DNA of 59,143 nucleotides, counting the filler, from Basidiobolus ranarum (taxonomy: Eukaryota), in assembly GCA_040143965.1 (NCBI GenBank). It is 8 parts of 8 records of this genome, joined end to end, with 100 filler letters (N's around TTAATTAATTAA, not from the genome) between each part and the next. Parts side by side here need not be neighbours in the genome. Positions count along the whole stretch, not along the records: positions 37,061 to 44,359 come from JASJQH010001145.1; positions 44,460 to 51,757 come from JASJQH010001146.1; 6 more parts are not named here. One strand, written 5' to 3'. The translations under genes were made by a program, and so were the position numbers. Every line of letters starts with the position of its first letter. Position 1 is the stretch's first letter. The notes beneath the pieces are model-generated. The model did not search any database and had not been told where the DNA came from. It was given only the letters and a program-made list of their open reading frames with translations. Of this stretch, positions 37,164 through 49,300 are shown piece by piece.

Positions 37164-38456
37164 GCTCATGACTGATTCATGATTTGAGTGTGGAATTTTA
37201 AAAGCGGTATATTTTTAGACTTGTTCATCATATTATTGCCATACTTGATATATCCACTTGTCAATATTTGAGCAATATATATATCAATATAAAGTGTTAC
37301 TATCTGAGTTAGAAACCATGCTACCTGCTTCAAAAGTTCATTGTAAAGCTAAATCAGTTTTGAGCACAATGATTTCGAAAATTATTTATTTACAATATTC
37401 TTGTTATTACCTCCTTTTAGCTTATAAATAGCTTGAAGATATCTAGGCATACTGTGTATCAAGGATTGACAATCTTCTTTAGGTATTCTATACTACTCAA
37501 TACTATTCTCTCTCCAAGCTTTCCAAATTCTTAGAATAGAATACTCACAAACCTTCTTTTAAGATAACTCCATATATAGATTTGTGAGTGTATGTGTTTC
37601 AAGCTAGACAAAATAAAAATCGGTGATTTCCATAATTTTCAAATTGCTTTATTCGTAAATATGCTTAATTAAGGTGGTACCCCACATTAATGACATGACC
37701 ACGAGTGGCTGATATAGAGGCAAATCTCGATTAAACCCGATCGTCACCTATTACCCATTAACATGCCTCCCGCAGGTAGAAACGATTGGGGTAACTATGG
37801 GGTAGGGGTAAATTGTACTTCAAAATGAAGAATCAACTCTAAGGGTTAGACTTTAAGGTGAGAAATCAACACGAAGAGTTAGGCTATACTTTCAGGTGAG
37901 AAATTGCACCTTTACTAACAAGTTAATAATCATGGGTCGTTGAAAGGCATCACCTAATATGGAGTTAATCCCTTACGTAGTGATTCAAACAAGAAAGTTA
38001 CCTTTAAGTTGGCGGATGATTAACTCTGGATGGTCAACACTCATGACGAATATGCGTTGAAAAGAAATTTATTTATTGGTTCTTCTCGGTCACACACACC
38101 AGATATATCACAAAATCTGAACTCCCGTATCTTTCTTCGATATCATAATGATCCGTGAAGCACTCATATTTATACGCTTATGCTTATAGTTGTATCTAGA
38201 GCTAAGCCATCAATCCCTATCATCTATTATTATTTGGCAGCTTGGAAAAGTGATCAGAGTGCTACTAACATGTAGCAGGCTTTAGAACTGGTTTTCGTTT
38301 AGGGAGCGTTTCCAAGAAGGGATGGAATATTCAATATGGTGATACTTGATGTGATTAGGGAGAGGCTCTATTTCGAGTATATAAGAAGCCAAGTAGTATG
38401 GATGGCCGAGAATCTCAACATACTCTCTAAAGCTAAAGTAGTATCTACATTTCAAG

Positions 38457-39704
38457 ATGCAATCAATGAATTCTGGGGACCTCTACAAGAAAGAGAAAAT
38501 CACTCGATCTGATGGTACGAAACCTCACGTTCTGATCATTGGAGGAGGTGTTTCCGGTCTAACTACTGCCTGGACCTTACGTAACGCTGGATGTAAAGTC
38601 ACTGTAGTTGCCGAACAGTATACCGAGCTTGGACCTCAGGACAAGGAAATCGTCTCGGAGATTGCTGGAGCTTTGTGGGAATGGCCACCAGCCGTATGCG
38701 GTTCTCACGGAAAAGACACAGATGAGCAATTAAAGAATTTAAAGAGGTGGTGCCAAATATCCTATATCCAATTCAAGGACATTGCTGATAAATATGGGGC
38801 TAATGATACTGGTATTCGCAAACGGATGTCATGCTTTTTATTCGAAAAAAAACTTGCTGATCAAGGATTGAAAAAGAAACAGGAGATTGCTAAGATTTGC
38901 GATGGCTTTAACAATGATGTACCAGGATTGATAAAGAAATATAACTTGAATTCAAACACAGATAAAAAAGGATTCAATATTGTGGACGCTTACGAGCATT
39001 TGTCATATGTTGTGGATCCCGAGCAATATCTTCACTGGCTAAAAGCATTGGTTGAGAAGAAGAACGTTGCTCTTCTCCACGGAGTCCTAGAAGATACTAT
39101 CCATGAAGAAACACCGTATTTGCTACAACGTTACAAAGCTGATATTCTCATCAACTGTACTGGTATGAGTTCTAGAGAACTATGTAGTGACCAGAGGATG
39201 AAACCACTACGTGGAATTCTTATTCATGCCAAGAATGACGGAAAAAAATTTAAGAAGATTGAAAGCTGTATTTCAATCTCTCAGCGTGATGCCGATCTAA
39301 ACGCCTCTGCCGAAGAGAAATTGAAGGCAGAAGAGGGAAGGTTTGAGTTTATTGTTCCAAGGAATGACGACATTCTTATCCTCGGAGGTTATGCTCAAAT
39401 GGGCAAAGAAAAGCACCATTGGAATGAAAAAAAACACAATTATCTTAAGAAGATGAAAGATGGCTGTGTCAACCTCTATCCGGAGTTGGAAAAGGCAGAA
39501 TTTACTGACTATTACCACCGCGTTGGCATTCGCCCCTTCCGTGATGAACCTCGTGTTGGTCAGGACGAGAAAGATCCTAGAATATTCCACAACTATGGTC
39601 ACGGAGGATCTGGCTATACCCTGTCATATGGATGTGCACTCGACATTCGTAAAGCCGTTAAAGCTCATTTTGAAAATGTAATCAGACCTCATAGCAATTT
39701 GTAA
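38457..39704 (+). CDS. D-amino-acid oxidase-like FAD oxidoreductase, copy 1
   Basis: IIGGGVSGLTTA, AGALWEWPPAVCG, INCTG, P.RG, GIRP and HNYGHGGSG. C-terminal SNL is PTS1-like. Confidence 0.9.
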   Translation: MQSMNSGDLYKKEKITRSDGTKPHVLIIGGGVSGLTTAWTLRNAGCKVTVVAEQYTELGPQDKEIVSEIAGALWEWPPAVCGSHGKDTDEQLKNLKRWCQISYIQFKDIADKYGANDTGIRKRMSCFLFEKKLADQGLKKKQEIAKICDGFNNDVPGLIKKYNLNSNTDKKGFNIVDAYEHLSYVVDPEQYLHWLKALVEKKNVALLHGVLEDTIHEETPYLLQRYKADILINCTGMSSRELCSDQRMKPLRGILIHAKNDGKKFKKIESCISISQRDADLNASAEEKLKAEEGRFEFIVPRNDDILILGGYAQMGKEKHHWNEKKHNYLKKMKDGCVNLYPELEKAEFTDYYHRVGIRPFRDEPRVGQDEKDPRIFHNYGHGGSGYTLSYGCALDIRKAVKAHFENVIRPHSNL

Positions 39705-40244
39705 CTACTGAGTTGTTTTTATTAAGTACATTTAAAATATTGCTGATGTTACAAGTAAACATACGTATTAAATTGAGTATCGTTGATGTTAACAAACGTA
39801 AATATTAAAGAAAATATTACCAAATTCAAATCACCCATAATACCATAAACTGGAATACTATGCACTTAGTGTACTAAAAGCGAATCTCATGCTCGGAAAA
39901 ACTAATCTAAGATCTAAATGATTTTCTAATGAGGAAATTGTAAAAGAAATGGATTTTTCACTAGTCACTCTATATTACACTAAGCTAAGCCATCCACCCG
40001 CACACGATCACTATTTGCGTAGCTCGGAAAGATGATCATAGCGTTAACAGGTTAGGTTACCGGCTTTAGTTTAGGGAGTAATATGTTGCGTACTACACAA
40101 TTGTACCATATGATGCTTACAAACTGGCTAACTGTTCAACTGCGAGATATATAAAGAGCTGTCTGTATCGACGGTAGCAATAACAACTCTCTTTCAACAC
40201 TCACTAAAGTTACCTGAGCTTTTCAGCCTATTTAACAATCAAAA

Positions 40245-41489
40245 ATGCCCCAAATGAACCCAGGAGACCTCTATTGCAAAGAAGCTATCTTACGCTCGGA
40301 TGGTAAGATACCCCACATTCTTATCATTGGAGGCGGTGTGTCTGGTCTCACTACTGCTTGGGCATTACGTAAATCAGGATGTAAAGTAACTGTTATCGCC
40401 AAGCAGTACGCGCCCACTCAACCAGGAAAAGAGAAGATCATTTCCGAAATGGCTGGTGGTCTATGGGAATGGGCACCCTCTGTCTATGGATCTAGTAAAG
40501 AGCATCTAAATGACTACGAAAACTATAAGCGTTGGTGTCAGCCATCTTACGTACAATTTGAGAAGCTCCATGGGAAATTTGGCGCAGATGTCACCGGTGT
40601 TCGCTCTCGTATGTCATGCTTCTTGTTTGACAAAAAAATCGAAAATATTGATGAATCTGCCAAGCTCAAGATGTTAGAAATCAAAGAGCATTGCGATGGA
40701 TTTTACCGCGGTGTAGAGCATCTTGTTGAAAAGTACCGTATTAATACCAACGAAGATAAGCTTTATAATTTCAAGGACGGTTATGAGTACTTCTCCTACG
40801 TAATTGATCCTAAAAAATACTTGAAATGGTTAAGGAAACATGTTCAGAAACAAGGTGTTCGACTTTTGAAATTCGAAGTTGTCGGAAATCTTCTGGAGGA
40901 AGAGGAGAATCTACTCGATATGTTCCAAGCTGACGTTATTGTTAATTGCTCTGGATTAGCGTCCATAGATCTATGCCAAGATAAGCAACTAATTCCGACC
41001 CGTAGCATTCTGCTACATGCCAAGAATGACGGTGTTAAATTCCCCATAATTAAGAGTTGTGTCTCTATCTACAAATATGACAATGGTATTAGCCCCAAGA
41101 GTGAAGCAAGCAAATGTGGTGATGATCGTTACATGTTCATGGTTCCACGCAATGATAAAGTAGTTGTTGTAGGTGGTGCTACCGAATTGCATAATGGTGA
41201 AGAGGCCCACAGTGCATCTGAGGCCACTGATATCATCCAAAAGCAAATCAAACGATTGTATCCACAGATGCAAAATGCTGAACTTCTAGACTACGACTAC
41301 CACATTGGAGTTCAAAAAAGCCGTAAACATCCTAGAGTTGGCCGCGATGAAGACAGCAATAAGATCTTCCACAACTACGGCCATGGATACTCCCGCTACA
41401 GCTTGTCATATGGATGTGCCCTTGATATCCGTAAGGCGATTCGAAAACACTTTGCTGAGTTTAAAGTTAAGAGTCATAGTCATTTATAA
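40245..41489 (+). CDS. D-amino-acid oxidase-like FAD oxidoreductase, copy 2 (divergent active site)
   Basis: Colinear paralog of copy 1: IIGGGVSGLTTA, AGGLWEW and HNYGHG. C-terminal SHL is PTS1-like. Confidence 0.88.
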   Translation: MPQMNPGDLYCKEAILRSDGKIPHILIIGGGVSGLTTAWALRKSGCKVTVIAKQYAPTQPGKEKIISEMAGGLWEWAPSVYGSSKEHLNDYENYKRWCQPSYVQFEKLHGKFGADVTGVRSRMSCFLFDKKIENIDESAKLKMLEIKEHCDGFYRGVEHLVEKYRINTNEDKLYNFKDGYEYFSYVIDPKKYLKWLRKHVQKQGVRLLKFEVVGNLLEEEENLLDMFQADVIVNCSGLASIDLCQDKQLIPTRSILLHAKNDGVKFPIIKSCVSIYKYDNGISPKSEASKCGDDRYMFMVPRNDKVVVVGGATELHNGEEAHSASEATDIIQKQIKRLYPQMQNAELLDYDYHIGVQKSRKHPRVGRDEDSNKIFHNYGHGYSRYSLSYGCALDIRKAIRKHFAEFKVKSHSHL

Positions 41490-41672
41490 ACCTGGCTTCA
41501 AATTACAACAGCTATCGAGATGGTTTAACTTTCAAAATAAACTCATTCTTGAAACAATATTATTGATGTTTATTTATTTGGCTTTAGTGTTCGAAAATAA
41601 AGAGCAAGTTTGAAGTATTATACATTTGCATATCAATTGAAATCTGCGGAGAATACTCCATGGTGTGGATGA

Positions 41673-42594
41673 TTATTCTCCTGAGATCTCCTCCAATGTT
41701 TTTCCTTTTGGCTCAGGAATCCAGAAATTACATAAGAATCCTAAAAACATGAAATCAGCGAAGATTCCTAATGTCTGAGGAAGAAAGGAAGGTTTGTAAC
41801 TCTTCAAGCTCCGTGCTTTTCTTAATGTTAGCATAACGAGGTGATTCAGGCATGGTAACTCTGAAATATACTGCAAATATAGCTGGGACACATCCAAATC
41901 CAAGCATCAGTCTCCATACATAATCAAGATTCTGTTGATCTTCACGAATAGCTTCTTGAAAAATAGCTAGGACGATCACAGTGAAAACTGCTGCTACCAA
42001 AATGCCGACTCCTTGTAAAGCAAAGACTGAAGCAATCATCATACCACGGCGATTTGTTGAAGCAAATTCGGATGTAATGACAGAAGAAACTGGGTAATCC
42101 CCACCAATTCCAATACCAAGAATAAAACGCCAGAAGCCGAGGATAGCAATGACATTGACGCCTTTGGCCCAGGAACCAGCTAAAGCGCAGCAAATGGAAG
42201 CAAAGATGACAATAATTAACTCCAAACCATACATCTTCTTCCTACCCAGTCTGTCACTGAGATACCCAAAAAGTAGTTGCCCTATTAGAGTACCAAAAGC
42301 AGCAGCACCTTTCAATGGACCTGTAAACTGCTTTGGCACCTGGTTGTTATTGTCCTGATAGTAAACATACCCTAGCATGGGCACCGCCAAGTTGATGATG
42401 AAGATATCGTAAGCATCTGTAAAGAAACCAACACCACAAATAAGGATGGCCCGAAGGTGCCATTTGGTAAGTTTAGTCTCGCTGATAGCAATGAGATTAT
42501 TGACAGTCATATTGGATTCTCGGTCGAATGTAGAGCTGAGGGTTTTGGTGTTTGCTACCACAATTCTATCCTTTATATCCTGCTGATGCCTCAT
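41673..42594 (-). pseudogene. Pho84-like phosphate:H+ symporter with internal deletion and frameshift
   Basis: N-half intact (GVGFFTDAYD, DRLGRKKMYG, GIGIGGDYP, PESPRY). It then jumps, out of frame near 41790, to the last TM segment LPQTLGIFADFMFLG...IPEPKGKTLEEIS*. Confidence 0.85.
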
Positions 42595-43440
42595 GTATGA
42601 ACTAAAATAGGACCATAGACTAGTAACCAATCGTTTAGTCAACCACACCAGATACCAATTCCATTGGAGGGAGGGGGATTAACTTAATACAGAGGAGACT
42701 ATGTTTCTTCTCAAGAAGTTATAATCTACAATCATGACCATTTCCCTAATATCTCAAGTAAACTGTATTGCTACTTGCGACAGCTCAGTTGATTTTGGAA
42801 TATCTGATGAGAAATGTTTAATTGGGTAAAGTGGCATGGACCAATCAATGCACTATTTGAAGCACGTTGCATAACACCTCCGTTCATTGTTTCTTTTTAT
42901 GCAACAACAAACCCGTGACCGTGATTTTTCATCCTTTATACATAGTAGTTACTTACCAAAGCTTAGATAGGTTTTTTTTGCACGCATAGTCAAAAAGCGA
43001 AATCCGATGATCTGGGCCAGATTTGACAGATTTGGATAATCTATGGCATGTGTTTGATCTACACTTCCACCCTATTGGTACATTGGGTTATTTTCAAAGT
43101 CAGTGTAGTAGTTTTGCCCTGAATATATCCATATCAAGCGCAAAGAACTGCCATGATAGTTATAGAAAACACTCGGGAAACACGTGGGGAACACTCACGA
43201 TTAGAGAAGCATTCCTAGGATTACAGTTTGATCATAGTAAGCACAGCTCACTGAATTGTCTCTAACTCAAGCTAATCGATAACATCTTTAGAATTATGAA
43301 TCGTTAATTATGTATTAATTATTAAACAAATTGTGTAATTCATTTCTCTAACTCATCAGGTTCTTTTGAGAGTATATGCTTAACAAACTTTTCTATCCGT
43401 AAGCTAAAAAAAAGGTCAATTCACTTTTTCTCTTCTCTCT

Positions 43441-44359
43441 TTGGAACTACCTCTAAAGATTATAGCAGTCAAAAGCTCAATCGCTGGTGATGGGTGGAAG
43501 TTACAATATATTTCACAACTTATGTCACGTGTAGCTAACGTTCATACCCTTATGTCACATATGTTTTCCTTTTTGTAGTACATCTTTACTCATGAACTGG
43601 AACATAATTCTGAGCTTCTTTCGGAATATTTCATTAATATTGACTTTTTTAAAGAAGTCTTTGTGTCACTCCTCAATAACTACAAGCCAAGCAAACAGAA
43701 AGCTTCGACAGAATCAAGAGCCTATAAAGATTTAATACTCAAGTATCGGGATAAGTACTTTCAGTGCTGCTCTTACGAACCAGTCAACATGAAGTATGCT
43801 CATCAGATAGCTTCTTATGAAGTGGTAAAAATTGCCATTGCTTATCGCAAGGGGGCCAAACTTCAATTCGGAAATAAAGTTAGAATGTTTCTTAACTTGC
43901 TCTTGAAGAAGAACGAAAGAATCAAGGCACTGGAAAGCAAAATGAAGAATGAAAGAAGCGAGAAAGATATTAGGGCAGCCATAAAGACGATAACAGAGCT
44001 TATAAAGAAGGTCAAGCTTGCTATTTCGTCAAGAAATATCGAAGATATGTCTAAAGAATTTCTCTCCTCAGATGATTTGGATAGGATCCATAGTTTTTTG
44101 GCTTGCATTTGACAGACTATCAATTTGCAAAAGACTCAATCTATTGCGACTGCAAAAGCAACCCTCTCAAGCATATAAAGGCGTATTCCAGACTGTCAAG
44201 CTTCCGTTACGAAGGGGCTTCAGACCATCCTACATGCCAATTGATACGTATATTTTAAATAATCAAATCTTGGAGAATTCTATCACCAGCCACTTGGATA
44301 AAGAAGTAGTATGGGGAACTGTTATTGGCCTTACATCAAAGGCAATGAAATCACAAAGA
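43441..44359 (+). mobile_element. Degenerate Fanzor1 (TnpB-derived RNA-guided nuclease) ORF, N-terminal half, truncated by the contig end
   Basis: Stitched translation: IIAVKSSIAGDGWK...VHTLMSHMFSFL*YIF...FFKEVFVSLL...YKDLILKYRDKYFQCCSYEPVNMKYAHQIASYE...FGNKVRMFLN...; frameshift; DYQFAKDSIYCDCKSNPLKHIKAYSRL; frameshift; PLRRGFRPSYMPIDTYILNNQIL...DKEVVWGTVIGLTSKAMKSQR. Motif order matches fungal Fanzor1 proteins as I recall them. Confidence 0.8.
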
Positions 44360-44459
44360 NNNNNNNNNNNNNNNNNNNNNNNNNNNNNNNNNNNNNNNNN
44401 NNNTTAATTAATTAANNNNNNNNNNNNNNNNNNNNNNNNNNNNNNNNNNNNNNNNNNNN
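44360..44459. other. Artificial contig linker
   Basis: N44-TTAATTAATTAA-N44. Confidence 0.98.
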
Positions 44460-44601
<142 letters not shown>

Positions 44602-44851
44602 GTAATTATTTGCCTTTTGACTACTTCATGGTTTTGATAATTTTACGAATGAAATTCCTGAGAAATTTGGATGTATTTCTTGTAGTTGTGAATAAATTTT
44701 AATTAGATTTTATTAACATAATACATATGAAGAACTTGTCAAAGTGTAATGATAGTTTTCTATCATCAATGGATCTCCTACGCAAGTGAAAGATGCTAGT
44801 AATCACTAATGATATTAAGCGACAATTGAGGAATGCATATAGTTGGCACGC

Positions 44852-45563
44852 TTAAGGTTTGGGCTTGGGCTTATTGTCATCTTTCACAGATCTAAGTCTA
44901 GGAATCAATGCTGTAGATACAGCACGGTCCTCGTCAAGCAGCACATTGTATGTTTGGCATGCACTTCTCTATTGGCCACAAAGGAGAAAGATTAACGTCT
45001 ATAGTAATATGAAAAAACAATTGAACAATATTCATACGGTATTTTGAATTTCAATCTGGATCCCTTGCTTGAACAGATATTGACGGAGTTTCTCTGGTAA
45101 AGGTATTAAATCATCACCAGTTCCCAGAACCAATATCTCTGTAGAAAAAAAGTTTAATAAGATCGAGTTACTTCAATATATATTTCAAATAAATACCTGG
45201 TTTGGGAGAAACCACTTCGAATAGTTTGAACATCTCTGGTGTCCATTCACTAAAAGGCTTGGAATCTTGACCCTTACCATAAGGAACGCTCCATTCAAAA
45301 ACGGACCCATTGAGAATTATAATTGGTCCTTCGATTTTTTCGCCATCACTGAGGGTAAATTTATCTATGCCTATGACATCAATAGAAGGTGCAGAAGACT
45401 TGCGTGATAGAATGTTTACTAAAGGATTATAGTCTTCACCATATTGACGTATTCCAGTGTTGGAAAACTTTCGAGCTAAACATATCGGTGCCAAGCTTTG
45501 GACCGTATTATAGGGAGAAATTTTTGTTGCAACACTAATCGAAGAGCGAAATAGACACTGCAT
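44852..45563 (-). CDS. NDUFAF3: Complex I assembly factor 3 (Mth938-like domain)
   Basis: Exons 45563-45197, 45138-45038 and 44968-44852: PKPEILVLGTG...GIQIEIQNT/RSACQTYNVLLDEDR.V..ALIP. The N-terminus looks like a mitochondrial presequence. Confidence 0.88.
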
Positions 45564-46305
45564 GTTTATTGAAACTAGGTGACTTGTATGTATCGCAAGA
45601 CAGTAACTTCAACCCTTAGTATTAAATTTGTTCAGTCACAATGGCCATTTCAAAAGCTGACTGATTTTAAAAAATTTCAAATGTGGGGTCTGTTCGTGGA
45701 TAATTAGATCTGGGTATATAGATTCCCCACAACAAAACGACACGTGATCAAATGTGAGGTAACCAATGAAGTGGCGGCTTCATCAAGATAAATAGATTGC
45801 AGAAAGGCCAGCAGAAAATTACTTTCCGGACTCATAAGAAAGTAGGTGTTTTTAAGTAAGAAACACCAGCTGATACTAGAGTCCAAGATATTATGCGAAA
45901 TATTCGTTTAACCCAACAGTCATGGATATGTCTGGGTTAGAATATTACGCCAAAGCTTTTACTCGCTTAATTCGTCAAATCATCCACTGAACATTATTGA
46001 ATAAATGAAATATAATAGTTGGTACATATGGCCATTGGAGCATTATTTATCTCGCTTACTGAAATGCCTCTAAATCGAGTGTATGAGTAATTATTGTTTT
46101 GATTTCAGAATGAAATCGTGTCCATTGGGTAAACAATAACAATTCCAACTGAATTCCAAAATATTCCACTGTTGGCTGTAATTCTACAAGTCTCTAATAG
46201 TTTAGGAGTTTTTTCATCAACTCCCTAAGCTTTCTATTCTGTTTGATAACTAAGCAATCATTATTTGACTGATATCTGTGAAGGTAGACCTCGATCAAAA
46301 GAATT

Positions 46306-49300
46306 ATGGCTAATGAGAGACGGCTTCGAACTCGAGAAAATAAAGGGGAAAAATATGCACAACTCCGTGATCTCAAACAACGAGGAGAATCGAGAATAAA
46401 AACTTATGAGGTAAATTCCTTTTGGTGACTTCTAATAATATCTGCTTCCTTATTCATTGGATTTTACTCGAAAAGGTACAAGAAGACATCATATATGATG
46501 AAGTAGATGAGAAAGAGTATTCAAAACTAGTTAAATCTCGTTTGGAGGAACAAGATTTCGTTGTTGATGATGACGGTAGTGGTTATGTCGACCACGGCAC
46601 TGAAGATTGGGGTCAAGAAGGTTACTCTGACGAATTCTCCGATGATAACACCATCCCCAATAATGGTATTACCCAGTATTGTTTATTCATTCAAGGTCGT
46701 TTGATTTATTATTTTCTTATTCACTAGGAACTCCAAAGAGAAAGAGAAATTCAAAGAGCAAGAAGGAAAATAAGGTTCAGAAAGAAAAAATCAACCCATT
46801 CTTCACTAGAGCTCATCAAAATCTAGGTTCCAGCGGTAAAAATGTATATTATTCATCTTATTGACTTCGCTTTCAAGGGTGGATACTTATTCTCTGTGAA
46901 CGCTCTTTTCAATGTAGTTGACTTCATCCGCTAATGAACAAGAGTTTATGAACTCTTTACTAAATGATGTTGATACAAGCGTCAACACTCATATTCTGAA
47001 GAAGCAAAAGTTAACCTCTAAAATGACTGATTCCCAGCGAATCGAGCAATTGGCCTTGTTCGGTAATTCAAGTGAGACGAAAAACATAACACGTCCTGAG
47101 ATAAAATTCGAAGAAGATACTGATTCTACATGGAAAAGCAAATATCAGACCACCAAGGAAGTTGAGAAAAAAGTTTCTATCGAGCAACAACCGTCATTTC
47201 GTAACATGGCCGAAAAGGCGTTTGCCGAGTTCCAAGACATTGACTTTGATGATTTTAATGATGATCTGGAGGATCCAATGGAAGGGGTTAAATCTAGTAA
47301 TGCCAATGTCAAGATAGAGAGTCAAGAGCCCATCTCCGCCATAAAAGCTGAACCTATATCTCCGGAGAAGATCAAGGCGGAGAACGGAGATGACAAACTC
47401 TCCTGGATGAAGATTCAAGAAACGCTTACATCTCATATGGAACAGGCTTCGTCACAACCCAAGTCCGAATCTACTAATGGAACCAGTACTCTTGAAGAGC
47501 ATGTTTTGGAAGAGGATGGGTCCCTGGATATGTATTGGATAGATGTTTTTGAGAAGAGCGGATCGCTCTATTTCTTCGGAAAGGTTAGAAATTCTCTCTC
47601 AGTATTCTGCTATCTTAACATTAACACTCGATTATTTTAGGTCTTCAACCGTTCATCCAACTCGTATATTAGTTGTTGCCTTGCCGTAAATAATCTTGAA
47701 AGAAACGTGTTTGTGCTTCCTAGAGAGACAAAAATCGATAGTAAGCGAAGATGATGTACTTAGTAATGGAATTTTCATATTGATTGATTTTATCACTAGG
47801 CGCTGGAAACCCAACTGATGTTGAAGTGACCATGTCCGATGTATATCAAGAATTCCGTAAAGTCTGCACCAAATATAACATAAGTGCGTGGGGAGCAAAG
47901 GAAGTTGTTCGCAAGTACGCATTCGAAATTATGGATGTGCCAGCCGAATCGGATTACCTCAAGGCCGTGTACTCATATAATCGTAGGTCTTCTCCATCCG
48001 TGTTTCATATGATAAAAATGTTGCTAATAAGAATCTTCACCCACCTATAGTTCCTCAATTACCAAGCGATCTAACCGGAGAGACGTTTGAAAGAGTCTTC
48101 GGTACAAATACACCTGCTTTAGAATCGTTTATTATTAAAAGAAACATTATGGGTCCTTGTTGGCTTAAGGTCAAAAACCCTCAATTCAGCAATCGTAATG
48201 TGAGTGTCACTTACCCTTATTGCGTCTATTCCTCTCAAACATTTGACTGACCTTTAAACTCAGATTTCTTGGTGTAAATTAGAAGTCAACTCTAACAATC
48301 CCAAAGATGTTAACCCGGTAAAGGAGTGCGATAACAAGAAATCCACACCGCCCTTGACAGTTTTAAGTCTCAGTCTTAAAACTGTAATGAACCGCCAGAA
48401 GCACGCCAATGAAATTGTTATGGCTAGTACCCTTGTATATGACCAAGTTCCGATCGATAGCACTTCATCGTTAGATAAACTTCCATGTTCTCAGTACACA
48501 GTAGTGAGGCAACTTAATGACATGCCTTATCCCGTTGGATTCAATGATCAAGTGCAAAGACAAAAGTGGAAGCTGGAAGTCTCTAGAACTGAGAGGGCAC
48601 TTTTAAACTATCTCATAGGTTGGTGGTGTAATTTAATTGGGGTCAAGCATCAGATTCTAACCATCTTTTATGTTAGCCATTATTCACAAAGCTGACCCAG
48701 ATGTAATAGTTGGACATAACTTCATGGGATTCGATTTGGACGTTCTTCTTCATCGTATGAAAGCAAATAAGGTAGACCATTGGTCCCGCCTCGGAAGATT
48801 AAGAAGAACTCAATGGCCCCAACTTCAAGCCGGTGCTGGTGGTATGGGTGACTCTACTTATGCTGAGAAGGCTATTGTAAGTGGCAGAATTATTTGCGAC
48901 ACATACCTAGCTACCAAAGATTTGATTAGGGCAACTAGCTATAGTTTGTCTAACTTGGCTAAGACAGAGCTGAAGATCAGTCGAGAGAACATCGAGTTCG
49001 AGAAAATCCCATATTATTTCAATTCCACCAAAGATCTCTCCTACGTTATCAAGCATTGCGAATTTGACGCCTACTTGACCATGGCACTTATGTTTAAATT
49101 GCAAGTATTGCCCTTGACAAAGCAGTTAACAAACCTTGCTGGTAATTTATGGTCTCGCACTATGACTGGTGCTCGTGCAGAAAGAAACGAGTATCTTCTG
49201 CTTCATGAATTCCACCGCAACAAGTATATTTGTCCGGATAAGACATTCAACAGTAAAGCACGACCTGTTGTCAACACAGAATTGGATGGTGATGGTCCAG

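Noticed and set aside
43340-43362. Hammerhead-like CTGATGA...GAAA on the minus strand upstream of the Fanzor relic
   Set aside because: The intervening GTTAGA cannot form stem II and no flanking stems are evident.
43376-43465. Putative first exon and intron for the Fanzor ORF (ATG 43376, GTAAGC 43399)
   Set aside because: None of the nearby AG acceptors gives the correct phase; the start and left end remain undefined.
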